Source: a virus
Virus record (IMG/VR): IMGVR_UViG_3300045988_097954
Span: 1,532-65,531 of that record
Length of the DNA: 64,000 nt
Strand: one strand, 5' to 3'
Position 1 is the stretch's first letter; each line of letters begins with the position of its first letter. The notes under the pieces are model-generated. The model saw nothing but the letters and a program-made list of their open reading frames with translations, had not been told where the DNA came from and searched no databases. A program made the translations under genes and the position numbers. This document shows positions 18,656-27,965 of the stretch, piece after piece.

Positions 18656-18695
18656 GGGGTTTTTACCCCTCTCATTACATACTATTGGAGGTCAT

Positions 18696-19106
18696 ATGGA
18701 AGATATAACAAAATATCTTGGCTTGAAATATGGCTTTGATAAATCACAGGGTCAATACCATTGTGTTGATGTATGTCGCATGTGGTATAAAGACCATGGA
18801 TATAAACATTGTTTTGATGATGGTAAGACTGACCCCATTAGTTGCGAAGACTTTCACAAGAATCATCAGACACGACTATTACGATATTTACTCAAGTATT
18901 TTAATAAAATACGAAATGTAGATGACTTAAAACAGGGAGATATCGTCTTATTCAATGTAGATGGTGATTTACATACAGGTGTATATCTACAGAATGGACA
19001 AATACTGGCGATGCAAGTTCCGTGCGTGACAAACGAGTCATTATCTGCTGTTTTTAAACGCAGTTATTGGCAACCATTGTTTTTCTGTGGTTTTCGCCAG
19101 CGTTAG
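18696..19106 (+). CDS. tail-associated NlpC/P60-like peptidase (gpK-like)
   Basis: Candidate Cys in QYHCVDVCRMW and His context GDIVLFNVDGDLHTGVYL; lies in the tail-tip block. Confidence 0.6.
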   Translation: MEDITKYLGLKYGFDKSQGQYHCVDVCRMWYKDHGYKHCFDDGKTDPISCEDFHKNHQTRLLRYLLKYFNKIRNVDDLKQGDIVLFNVDGDLHTGVYLQNGQILAMQVPCVTNESLSAVFKRSYWQPLFFCGFRQR

Positions 19107-19119
19107 CGAGGAATAAATA

Positions 19120-19494
19120 ATGGCACAATTACCGAGATTCCCTTTGCCTTATATATTTGAGGTCGAAAAGGGTCTAAAATTTGCCACACAAGAAGTTGTG
19201 TTCACAAGTGGTAAAAAACAAATACGACAAAATGCGTTAAATCCACAGAGAACATGGTCTATCAGCTTGCGTGGAACTGTGGAACAACAAAAGATATTTG
19301 AACAATTTTGTGAGACCGTTGGTGGTAACACAAGAACATTTATATTTACCGATGAATTTAATCAAGACCAAATCTGTCGTTTTGCAACCAATGAATTCAA
19401 TCTAAAGGTGTTGCGTGACTTTACCGTTGAGAATGGTACCCATGGTAATGCCATCGGTTTTACAGCAAGCGTACAGATTGAGAAAGTCTTATAG
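19120..19494 (+). CDS. minor tail protein, gpM-like
   Basis: 124 aa; pattern F-P-L-P..SG..Q....LNP.R.W.I.L, then GG.TR.F.FT, resembles lambda M / DUF2460-type distal tail proteins. Confidence 0.55.
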   Translation: MAQLPRFPLPYIFEVEKGLKFATQEVVFTSGKKQIRQNALNPQRTWSISLRGTVEQQKIFEQFCETVGGNTRTFIFTDEFNQDQICRFATNEFNLKVLRDFTVENGTHGNAIGFTASVQIEKVL

Positions 19495-19501
19495 GTGATA
19501 C

Positions 19502-20320
19502 ATGATTAATTTACCTGTTGCTTTTAGAGAAGCATTAGAGGGCGGTTCTGTTTTTGATATTGAGTTGTATGAAGTTCATATTCCAAATATGACTTTGTAC
19601 TTATGCTCATGTGATATAAATATTCAATTCAATGGACAACAATATTTAGCACTACCAATCAAGCGTGGAGAAATTAATAAAACCGTTGATAATTCCATTG
19701 ATTCATGCGAACTTGAGATTTCTAATGCTACCGATAAGTTTACTCAATTGTTATTCAAGGGTATTCCATTCACAGGTAGTCGTATCTATATTTACAAAAT
19801 ACTGTATCCTGACTCCTTGGCTAATCCAAAGATGATTAAACCTGTGTTCATGGGTAGAGTTGATTCTCCTGAGTTGACAAACGATGGCATATTTAAAGTT
19901 GTGGTTACATCCGATGTTCCAAACGTGCGTGGCGGTCGTAGAACTCAATACACATGCACATCAACATTTGGCGACAGCAGTTGTCGTGCTGTGATTAAGA
20001 AAACACAAGCTGTTATTACGAATATTCAACAATCGAATGATGGCTATGTGGTGTCTATTGACACACCCATTGAAGAAAAGGATTATATCAATGGTGTATT
20101 GATTGTCGAGGGTGAAGCACGTAAAATTGTTGGTATCCCAACCAATAAAACTATCAAGCTAGAATATCCATTACTAACGGCAAAAGATATTCTAATGAAT
20201 AAACAATGTACGGTACAAGCGGGATGTGATAAAACTCCATCTGACTGCAAGAGACATGGTAATCAAAAGCGATATGCTGGATTCTTGTCTGTACCGTTTG
20301 AATTTACAATTAGAACTTAA
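19502..20320 (+). CDS. minor tail protein, gpL-like
   Basis: 272 aa with a C-terminal Cys cluster (CTSTFGDSSC ... GCDKTPSDCKRHGNQKRYAGF), as in gpL / BR0599-type proteins. Confidence 0.6.
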   Translation: MINLPVAFREALEGGSVFDIELYEVHIPNMTLYLCSCDINIQFNGQQYLALPIKRGEINKTVDNSIDSCELEISNATDKFTQLLFKGIPFTGSRIYIYKILYPDSLANPKMIKPVFMGRVDSPELTNDGIFKVVVTSDVPNVRGGRRTQYTCTSTFGDSSCRAVIKKTQAVITNIQQSNDGYVVSIDTPIEEKDYINGVLIVEGEARKIVGIPTNKTIKLEYPLLTAKDILMNKQCTVQAGCDKTPSDCKRHGNQKRYAGFLSVPFEFTIRT

Positions 20321-20348
20321 TCAGCGAAACGAAGCGAGGTATTAATAT

Positions 20349-23300
20349 ATGGGTAAAGGCGGTGGCAAGGGCGGAAAAGGTCGTGTTGGTAAGATTGTTG
20401 GTCTTGCGGCGGCTGCTGTCTTTGGCTTTGGTGGCGGAGCATGGGGATTCTTAAAAGGTGTATCCATGTTCAGTCGTGCTATGTATGGGTTATCCCTTGG
20501 GATGTCCATTGGTGGTCTATTCGACAAACAAAAGAATACAACACCAGAATCTACCTTCGACTCTAAAAACAACCAAGTCACATCAGAGGGTACAATTCCG
20601 ATTATCTATGGACAATCTAAGGTTGGTGGTATACAAACGTATCACCACATGGACGTCGATGGTCGCAAGCTGTTGAAACACGTATTGATTGGCGAAGGTG
20701 AAATCGAAGGATTCTACGGTGCTACTGCTAATGGATATTTACTACCGATTAAAAGCGGTGGAAACATCAACAGAAAAGTACCTGTGTTTGGTATACGGAA
20801 TAACAAATGGAGCGATGCCACCGTTCAAATCTCAAGCGGTGTCGCACCATCAAAAGGCTTTAAAGGGATTTTCCGTAAACCTTCTGAGTCTCAACAATCA
20901 ATTTATCAAGACGACCTTGACTATGGACAATTCAATAAATTTCCTAAGTTGATATTGCATGCCAATGGTCGAGATGTATACATTTTCTTAACAGAAGACA
21001 ATACTAAGATTGACGACAAATACTCTCTTGCATGTAACACCTTTGGTAAAGTCTATCAGATTATCTTGGGAGACACCTATTTGTCTACATTACAAGAAGA
21101 CGGTTGGGAGCTTGTGAATCCTGTGGTTTGCCAAGATTCTCCAAACAAGATTCAAACAACTGATATTATCTCTTGTTATCAAAAAGATGTATTCTTTACT
21201 ACAAACGGCGAGCAAAATGCTAAAGAAAGTACTATTGAATTACACACAGGCAATGCTAATGCAGATGCCGTAAGTACATACTTAACTACAGGTGGCTATC
21301 CTAATGATGCGTATGTGATTGCAGACTTGCGTTATACCGATAAGATGGGTGCTGGTAATCCAACGATTACTGCTATTGTAAGGGGTCGCAAGGTATACGA
21401 TTGGCGTACCAAGGAGACAAAATTCTCTAAGAACCCTGCTGTTTGTTTGTATGATTATTTGACAAATAATGTTTATGGTGCTGGTCAATATATCACGCCT
21501 GAAATGCTTGATATGGAGTCCTTTACTGATGTTGCTAACTATTGTGACGAAGTGATTACATATAATGACCCATATGGCGTTACCAAGAGCGAAAAACGCT
21601 ATGAGTTAGACTTAGTATTAAACGAGACAAAATCTCATTTAGAAAATATTCAGTCAATCTTAAACTCATTCCTTGGGTTTGTTGTGTTTTCAAACAATCA
21701 AATCAAGCTACGGTGCGAACGATTGGAAACACCTGTGTATGCATTTAATGATGACAACATCGTTGAAAACTCTTTATCTTACAAGGGTGCTTCGATTGAG
21801 CAATCCCCAAACAAATTCAATCTTACTTACGTTGAGCCAGCATTGGATTATACTGCGGTTAAATTAATTGTTGAAGATGCCACAAATCAACTACCACCAC
21901 CAATTGGCATTGGTCGTCCTGTGGAACAAGACATCGAATTCAAGGGTGTTCGCAGACAAACCCAATGTTTACGACTTGGGAAGATTGCACGAGATATTGT
22001 TCGTTTGTGTCCAATTACGGTTACATTTAAGACTGGTCTTATGGCTTCTCATTTGGAAGCTGGGGATGTCGTTACGGTATCTAAAACATATATTGATGAG
22101 AACGGTGATAAACAAACCTTATTTAAAAATCAACAAGCACGTATTGTTGAAATCAAAGAAGAAGACGGTACGTATGAAATCTCCGCTAAACAATACAATC
22201 CATCAATCTACGACGATACATTTGGGGCATCCCTCAAAGTATTTGCTCCTACAGGTGCTAATACAAAAGACATTCAATTGTTACCTGAGACTGTTAAATC
22301 CGTTGAGAACATCAACGCTGAACAGGTGTATCGCCAACGAGTCAACGGTGTACCGACATATGATGTTGTACTATCGTTTACCGAGCCTGATGACGTCAAC
22401 TACAATTATGCTATGGTATCTGTTCAGATTGAACACAATGGTACTCTTAGCCCATGGCGAGTCTATGGTGCAACTCATGGTGTAATGCCTGTGATTGGCT
22501 TATATAAAAACGATAAGGTCAACTTTAGAATTATTCCATATGACTCCAAAGATTTACCACATGAAGAATCCATGAGTACGTATACACACGTTATCGTGCC
22601 AAAGATTGGCAATCCATCTGCACCAACGAATGTAAATATTCGATTTACAGATGTGGCAACCATAAGTTGGAATCGTGTGACGACTGCGGATATAGACCGA
22701 TATGAAGTGCGTTCATCTGAATCATTGACTGAGAACAATCTATTGTTGATGACTTCCGAACCTAGCGGTGAGATTGATTTATCAAGAATTGGTCGTAGTG
22801 GTACTGTATGGGTCTATGCGGTCAACTCTGAAGACATCTACAGCTCACCAACCAAGTATGGATACAATCTACCAAAACCAACGGCTCCTGCTATTAGTAT
22901 TAAAACTTTTATACAATCCTTTAGAGTCACATACGGCTCAATACCGAAGTCTTGTACTGCGGTGATACGTATTGACAATCAAGATTATAAAACTAAGGAT
23001 ACGCTATTTTTTTACAACGAAAGTGCTGGTTTGTTTAATGTGTCGGTTGCCTTTGAAGATTACTTTGGTCTAGGGGAGTTCTCCCCACAACAAATGGTTG
23101 AAATTAAAGCGACAATACCAAAAGAACTGATTGATAAAGAAGCTCTTGGACTTCAAGGAATGGAAAATAAAATACGACAGTTAGATGCGGATGTCGAATC
23201 TATTGCTGGAGCTTGGACACAAAAGGTTCAAGACTTAGAGGATAACATCCAAAGTCGTATCACACAACTTGAAAATGGGATTGACTTGCGTGTTGAGGAG

Positions 23301-24065
23301 AAAGTCGGAAAATTAGATGGTAATACTATATTGTCACGAATTAATTTATCAAGTGGTGGTGTACGCATTGATGGTAAGCTGTTGCATGTCACTGGTCAAT
23401 CACAATTTGACGACAATATTATTACAAACAAGATGTTGCAAGCCAATGCTGTTACTGCGGACAAAATTAAGACTGATACATTGGCTGCCTTGAGTGCAAA
23501 CCTTGGTGATGTCAGAAGCGGTACAATCACAAGTACAACCATTAAAAACGAAAGTGGTACATTCTCTGTTGACCCTAATGGTAATATCCGTGGTGCAAAT
23601 ATTGTGGCTTCCACCATTAGTGCTGACTCTATTTTTAACGCAGGTTTTAAAGTCAAGAATATTGACTATGCGGTTTTAACTGTGGCTCACGGTCAAGATT
23701 GTCCACCAATTGGTAATTACAGCGTTAGCGAATGTACGTTTGTTCCGATTGGGTATTACTTTACAAGCACTTATTCAAATGACTGGTCTACTAGAGAGGG
23801 TCGAGAAAGATGGCGTGAGGTTCAAGATAGAAAACAAGACCGTTGTACTATTTACTTACAAGGTAATATGCCACAAATGAATAACTCTGGTCGTTATGGC
23901 AATAGACATTTAAAAACCTTAGTTGGTCTCAATGGAAGAAAAGCCGTATGTCAAGCGACATGGGAAAGTTATTGGTCTTCTGGTGGCGACAACGGTAATG
24001 ACGGCACAAATGAGTTTATTTCTTTTGGAGTAATCTATGTTCTCGTCATTGGCAAGAAAGGGTAA
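20349..24065 (+). CDS. central tail fibre / host specificity protein (gpJ-like) with Gly-rich hydrophobic N-terminus
   Basis: 1238 aa; motif NPAVCLYDYLTNNVYGAGQYI is typical of the J family; follows the M/L-like genes. Confidence 0.8.
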   Translation: MGKGGGKGGKGRVGKIVGLAAAAVFGFGGGAWGFLKGVSMFSRAMYGLSLGMSIGGLFDKQKNTTPESTFDSKNNQVTSEGTIPIIYGQSKVGGIQTYHHMDVDGRKLLKHVLIGEGEIEGFYGATANGYLLPIKSGGNINRKVPVFGIRNNKWSDATVQISSGVAPSKGFKGIFRKPSESQQSIYQDDLDYGQFNKFPKLILHANGRDVYIFLTEDNTKIDDKYSLACNTFGKVYQIILGDTYLSTLQEDGWELVNPVVCQDSPNKIQTTDIISCYQKDVFFTTNGEQNAKESTIELHTGNANADAVSTYLTTGGYPNDAYVIADLRYTDKMGAGNPTITAIVRGRKVYDWRTKETKFSKNPAVCLYDYLTNNVYGAGQYITPEMLDMESFTDVANYCDEVITYNDPYGVTKSEKRYELDLVLNETKSHLENIQSILNSFLGFVVFSNNQIKLRCERLETPVYAFNDDNIVENSLSYKGASIEQSPNKFNLTYVEPALDYTAVKLIVEDATNQLPPPIGIGRPVEQDIEFKGVRRQTQCLRLGKIARDIVRLCPITVTFKTGLMASHLEAGDVVTVSKTYIDENGDKQTLFKNQQARIVEIKEEDGTYEISAKQYNPSIYDDTFGASLKVFAPTGANTKDIQLLPETVKSVENINAEQVYRQRVNGVPTYDVVLSFTEPDDVNYNYAMVSVQIEHNGTLSPWRVYGATHGVMPVIGLYKNDKVNFRIIPYDSKDLPHEESMSTYTHVIVPKIGNPSAPTNVNIRFTDVATISWNRVTTADIDRYEVRSSESLTENNLLLMTSEPSGEIDLSRIGRSGTVWVYAVNSEDIYSSPTKYGYNLPKPTAPAISIKTFIQSFRVTYGSIPKSCTAVIRIDNQDYKTKDTLFFYNESAGLFNVSVAFEDYFGLGEFSPQQMVEIKATIPKELIDKEALGLQGMENKIRQLDADVESIAGAWTQKVQDLEDNIQSRITQLENGIDLRVEEKVGKLDGNTILSRINLSSGGVRIDGKLLHVTGQSQFDDNIITNKMLQANAVTADKIKTDTLAALSANLGDVRSGTITSTTIKNESGTFSVDPNGNIRGANIVASTISADSIFNAGFKVKNIDYAVLTVAHGQDCPPIGNYSVSECTFVPIGYYFTSTYSNDWSTREGRERWREVQDRKQDRCTIYLQGNMPQMNNSGRYGNRHLKTLVGLNGRKAVCQATWESYWSSGGDNGNDGTNEFISFGVIYVLVIGKKG

Positions 24066-24071
24066 ATACTT

Positions 24072-24563
24072 ATGTTTTACATATTTGACAAAAACACAGG
24101 ATTATGCATCTGCTCATCACCAATCGCAGTAAACATTGATGGTACAACTGCGGTTGAAACAGATGTTTTCTATAACACATGGGAAATACAGTTGGTAAAC
24201 GGTGAGATTAAACCATATCAACCACAAACGTATGAACCTGATGACGAACCACAAACCAATAACAGTATTCCGACTCTAGTATACAGAGTTAGACATGGGG
24301 ATACCGTCTTTACAGACGAACACCCCATGAAGTCTTATGATGCAACGATTGTATCATTCCAAATGGCTGATGGTACATTTAACTCACCAAATGTGGGGGC
24401 TGTGGTTGAGAAACCAAAGAATCCGATGTTTATCGGTAGAAATTATTCCGTTGGTATTAACTCAAGTGGTATCGCTTATTGTCGAACTGATGATACCACC
24501 GCTGAGAATACAATATCTGGGTGGATTACCGTTGTCTTAACACGAAAGCAGGTGAACAAATGA
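24072..24563 (+). CDS. hypothetical tail-associated protein
   Basis: 163 aa directly after the J-like gene. Confidence 0.5.
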   Translation: MFYIFDKNTGLCICSSPIAVNIDGTTAVETDVFYNTWEIQLVNGEIKPYQPQTYEPDDEPQTNNSIPTLVYRVRHGDTVFTDEHPMKSYDATIVSFQMADGTFNSPNVGAVVEKPKNPMFIGRNYSVGINSSGIAYCRTDDTTAENTISGWITVVLTRKQVNK

Positions 24564-24886
24564 ATGATTACGTCCGCAACGAAGATGAGTTTCTACATGT
24601 GGGTGCGAACTGGGAACGCATGTACACAATAGAAAATCGGACGTTGGACACCGAACATTCAACTGCGGTTTTCAAAATCAGAGACCGCCAAGGCAATCTT
24701 GTGTGTGAAGCCGTATGCACGGTACAACCAGAGGGTGTTCTTGTGCAGATACCATACGAAATAACACAAAAGATTGACAAAAAAATAACCAAAGCGAAAT
24801 ATGACTTGTTTTTAAAAATGAATGAGAAGTCGTATAAATTAATCATGGGTAACATCGAGATTATTCATGACATTTCAATGCATTAA
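24560..24886 (+). CDS. hypothetical tail-associated protein
   Basis: ATGA overlap start at 24560. Confidence 0.5.
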   Translation: MNDYVRNEDEFLHVGANWERMYTIENRTLDTEHSTAVFKIRDRQGNLVCEAVCTVQPEGVLVQIPYEITQKIDKKITKAKYDLFLKMNEKSYKLIMGNIEIIHDISMH

Positions 24887-24903
24887 TCACAGGAGAAAAA
24901 ATA

Positions 24904-25824
24904 ATGGCTGATAACAATCCAGTAAAAGTGTCTATTATTGACCCAATTCAATTAAATGTAAATATGCCTAATATTAAAGGCGATGCTGGTAAAGATGGCG
25001 ATAGTGCTTACTTAACTGCTGTAAAAAACGGTTTTGTCGGTACTGAACGTGAATGGTTAGAAAGCCTAAAAGCAAACATCGATGTAACTCAGGCATACGA
25101 AACACTTATGAGAAATAATGTGTACTGTGCTTCTAAAGACGTAGTAGGTGTAGTAAATGGTTTCTTATCAGGACTAGGTGACTTAGCGAAAAAACAAGCT
25201 AGAGAATTTGAGTATGACGTACCTGTGCCAAATCAACTATATATTTCTATGCGTGGTGAGCCACATTATTGGGTTGGCATTCAAAATGCACCAGCAAATG
25301 AACGTGTTGAATTTTCACAAAATGGTACTATATTGTTCCAATTGAAAACACCATTTGGTTCTGATAGTATAACTTTTGAATATTATAATATGTTAAAAGA
25401 AAAAGTATCAAAGTCTACAATACAAGGTTCTGTTGGTGTAAAAACATCAATTAGTGATTATGAATTTGCTAGAAATGATGGTTCAACAGAATATTACTTC
25501 CCAGAAGTAACATCCGTTGGTGAACAAGCGTTCCATCCATATACACTAAAGATTAAATTGCCTAAAGCAACAACTATTGCATCTAATGCATTCCTTATGT
25601 GTCGTGAACTAGAAGAACTAGAACTTCCATCGTATATCCTATCACAAAGCAATAAGTTTGATAATGTGTTCGGCAATAGCTTACAAACAATGGTTATCAA
25701 TGATTCTTCCGCTATCGATGTATTAAGTGAATATTCTGACGAGACAGTTAAAGCAATCATCTACAACCAAGACAAAACAAAAAAATTCGACAAAGCGACT
25801 AAAACTTGGGTTTCTGCACAATAA
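24904..25824 (+). CDS. tail fibre / receptor-binding protein with collagen-like N-terminus and BspA-type LRR-like C-terminus
   Basis: KGDAGKDGDSAYLTAVKNGFVGTEREWLESLK is a typical fibre N-terminus. The C-terminal repeats (..VTSVGEQAF..ATTIASNAF..) resemble LRR_5. Confidence 0.6.
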   Translation: MADNNPVKVSIIDPIQLNVNMPNIKGDAGKDGDSAYLTAVKNGFVGTEREWLESLKANIDVTQAYETLMRNNVYCASKDVVGVVNGFLSGLGDLAKKQAREFEYDVPVPNQLYISMRGEPHYWVGIQNAPANERVEFSQNGTILFQLKTPFGSDSITFEYYNMLKEKVSKSTIQGSVGVKTSISDYEFARNDGSTEYYFPEVTSVGEQAFHPYTLKIKLPKATTIASNAFLMCRELEELELPSYILSQSNKFDNVFGNSLQTMVINDSSAIDVLSEYSDETVKAIIYNQDKTKKFDKATKTWVSAQ

Positions 25825-25844
25825 CAACAAATGTTTTAACCATT

Positions 25845-25874
25845 GGGGTCTACTAAAGACCCCTTTGGTATTTT
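25845..25874 (+). terminator. rho-independent terminator
   Basis: GGGGTCT-ACTAA-AGACCCC followed by TTTGGTATTTT. Confidence 0.7.
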
Positions 25875-25889
25875 ACCAGGGAGATACCA

Positions 25890-26156
25890 ATGGAGTTATT
25901 GACAATGATATCCTTGATATGTGGCATACTTGTGTTTGTCGGCAGTTTCATTGGCTTTGTTTTTAAAGTCATGATTATATCGCCGTTGAAAATCTCAATT
26001 GACAACCTAAGCACAACTATTGCTGCAATCCTAAAGGATATTGAAACAGGGCGTATAGACCGCTACAATATGTCTATCAAATTGAGTGGAATGGAAAGCG
26101 ATATCAAACATATAAGTCAACGGATTGACACCTTGGAAGAGTATACACGGAGGTAA
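25890..26156 (+). CDS. membrane protein with coiled coil (lysis cassette)
   Basis: N-terminal TM helix followed by a heptad region; first gene of the lysis block. Confidence 0.5.
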   Translation: MELLTMISLICGILVFVGSFIGFVFKVMIISPLKISIDNLSTTIAAILKDIETGRIDRYNMSIKLSGMESDIKHISQRIDTLEEYTRR

Positions 26157-26159
26157 TTT

Positions 26160-26513
26160 ATGTTTCAACAACTTAAAGATTATTACAACCGTGTGAAAAC
26201 AGCTCACGTGAAAATCCAATCGCTACAATTTGTAAAGTTTGTAATCACAACATCTTTCGTTCCAATATTTATGTATTTAATCGTATGGCTATATGCTATA
26301 TATGCCATGCACATTGGTCTCAACGTGAGTATTTTGCTTGCGTTGTTGACCGAATTACGCCAATTTGTGGCTGTTATATTCTCGACTCAAACTGTTGCTG
26401 GGGTGTTGGCGTATGGTGTTGCACTAATCGATTCGGACGGCAATGGAGAATCAGATGAACTCGATGCCAAAGCACACACGAAACAGACTATGGGGGCAGG
26501 TGATATAAAATGA
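26160..26513 (+). CDS. putative holin
   Basis: 117 aa, 2-3 TM helices, charged C-terminus, immediately upstream of the endolysin. Confidence 0.5.
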   Translation: MFQQLKDYYNRVKTAHVKIQSLQFVKFVITTSFVPIFMYLIVWLYAIYAMHIGLNVSILLALLTELRQFVAVIFSTQTVAGVLAYGVALIDSDGNGESDELDAKAHTKQTMGAGDIK

Positions 26514-27088
26514 GACAAATCGAAAAAGAAGAATTAATGCAGATGGCAACTAGAGCCGTTGGTCAAATCGACCGTATCTACTTACATTGGTCTGCTGGCA
26601 GATACAACCAAAGTCACACCGACAGCTATCACATATGTATTGACGACCAAGGACGTTGGTTTACCGATGTATACGAATTGACTGAACACAGAGACCATAC
26701 ATATATGCGAAATTATCGGTCTATTGCCATCTGTTTAAACGGTTGTTTTGATGCAACAGGGATTTACAATATGGGCACTCAACCGCCAACAGATGCACAA
26801 ATCTATGCAATGTCATATGTTGTGGCACTATTGTGTGTTCAAATGGGTATACCACTCGATATACAACATGTAATGACACATGCAGAAGCTGCGGATAACA
26901 AAGACGGCATGGATTTGTATTATCTTGACTATACTGGATATCCAAACAATACTTACGGTCCAGAGTCAAATTGTGACCGTTGGGATTTATGGGTTTTACA
27001 TCAAGGAGACCCTGAGTGGTCTGGCGGAGAAAACATTCGTGGCAACGCACGATTCATCGCCAAGAACGAATGGGGGTATGATATCTGA
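26510..27088 (+). CDS. endolysin, N-acetylmuramoyl-L-alanine amidase (Amidase_2/PGRP-like)
   Basis: IYLHWSAG..H.C....G, then AICLNG, then THAEA pattern. 192 aa with no separate cell-wall-binding domain. Confidence 0.65.
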   Translation: MRQIEKEELMQMATRAVGQIDRIYLHWSAGRYNQSHTDSYHICIDDQGRWFTDVYELTEHRDHTYMRNYRSIAICLNGCFDATGIYNMGTQPPTDAQIYAMSYVVALLCVQMGIPLDIQHVMTHAEAADNKDGMDLYYLDYTGYPNNTYGPESNCDRWDLWVLHQGDPEWSGGENIRGNARFIAKNEWGYDI

Positions 27089-27363
27089 TGAAGATACACA
27101 TGAAAGAACCATGCGTATGGAGAACCCTTGGTGCTGTCTTTAGTGTCTGTCTTGTTGGATTATTCGTATGTGTGTATCTGTTGTTTAGTGGTATCCACGA
27201 GCATGAACAACAGTTACGACATACGGAACAACAACTGCATCAAACACAAATACAACTACAGATTACAAAACAAGAACGCACAATATTACAACAAAAGATT
27301 GACATGCTAGAGAATATTGAATACGAGCGTGGTACATTAGAACCACCAATGGAGACACGATGA
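27088..27363 (+). CDS. TM plus coiled-coil protein (lysis accessory)
   Basis: N-terminal TM and a Gln-rich heptad region; TGATG coupling to the endolysin gene. Confidence 0.5.
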   Translation: MKIHMKEPCVWRTLGAVFSVCLVGLFVCVYLLFSGIHEHEQQLRHTEQQLHQTQIQLQITKQERTILQQKIDMLENIEYERGTLEPPMETR

Positions 27364-27797
27364 ATGACAAAATCAAATCATATGTATTCAACCATCAGAA
27401 AAGTTCTATTGTTATCTGTATTGGGATTATTCTTTTGTGTGCCATCGGTATATGGTACTTCATCAGAGCCAACAGTAACATTGACACTACAGGAATACAA
27501 CACGCTACAACAGAACTTCACAACGCTGGAGAATACAATCGACAATCAATTGAATACAATCAACGAATTAGAGACTCAATTATCACTAGCGAAAGCATCA
27601 ACCAGCGAGCAACAACAGATGTTGAACGAATTATTGAATCTACTAAAGGAACAACATCAAGAATTGACAGAAGCCAAGAACTCGTTAGAGATGCAAAACA
27701 AGACGCTATTGATGCAAAAAGAATCGTTGGCGAAAGCAGAAGCATACTTGAAAATGCAAGAGCGAGAACTGAAAAGAGCACAACAGGACAGCCGTAG
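27360..27797 (+). CDS. alternative-frame ORF fully overlapping 27364-27855 (N-terminal TM protein)
   Basis: 145-aa stop-free frame with ATGA coupling to the upstream gene and a TM helix SSIVICIGIILLCAIGIWYF. It cannot be decided by eye which frame, or whether both, is translated. Confidence 0.3.
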   Translation: MNDKIKSYVFNHQKSSIVICIGIILLCAIGIWYFIRANSNIDTTGIQHATTELHNAGEYNRQSIEYNQRIRDSIITSESINQRATTDVERIIESTKGTTSRIDRSQELVRDAKQDAIDAKRIVGESRSILENARARTEKSTTGQP

Positions 27798-27855
27798 AGC
27801 TAAGCTATTGAATGTTCTGTTGGGAGCAGGAGTTATCTATTTGGCATCTCGATGA
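27364..27855 (+). CDS. secreted coiled-coil protein with C-terminal TM anchor (unimolecular-spanin-like topology)
   Basis: Signal-peptide-like N-terminus (KVLLLSVLGLFFCVPSVYG), about 110 aa of heptad repeats, and a C-terminal LLNVLLGAGVIYLASR. Confidence 0.5.
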   Translation: MTKSNHMYSTIRKVLLLSVLGLFFCVPSVYGTSSEPTVTLTLQEYNTLQQNFTTLENTIDNQLNTINELETQLSLAKASTSEQQQMLNELLNLLKEQHQELTEAKNSLEMQNKTLLMQKESLAKAEAYLKMQERELKRAQQDSRRAKLLNVLLGAGVIYLASR

Positions 27856-27926
27856 TTGGATGGTGGTCTATCTTATCTCTACAGCATACAGTAGTGGATG
27901 TATGCATATATCTTGATATTAAAAAT

Positions 27927-27960
27927 GGGAGTATACCTAAGTGGTATACTCCCAAATTTT
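27927..27960. terminator. bidirectional terminator between convergent operons
   Basis: 11-bp stem GGGAGTATACC / GGTATACTCCC with T-runs on both strands. Confidence 0.8.
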
Positions 27961-27965
27961 TGCGT

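Noticed and set aside
13671-24065. Numerous alternative-frame and antisense ORFs inside the tape measure and J-like genes (for example 15296-15700 minus, 16997-17311 minus, 21868-22485 plus)
   Set aside because: These are shadow ORFs inside long, well-supported genes. They have no RBS and low-complexity translations.
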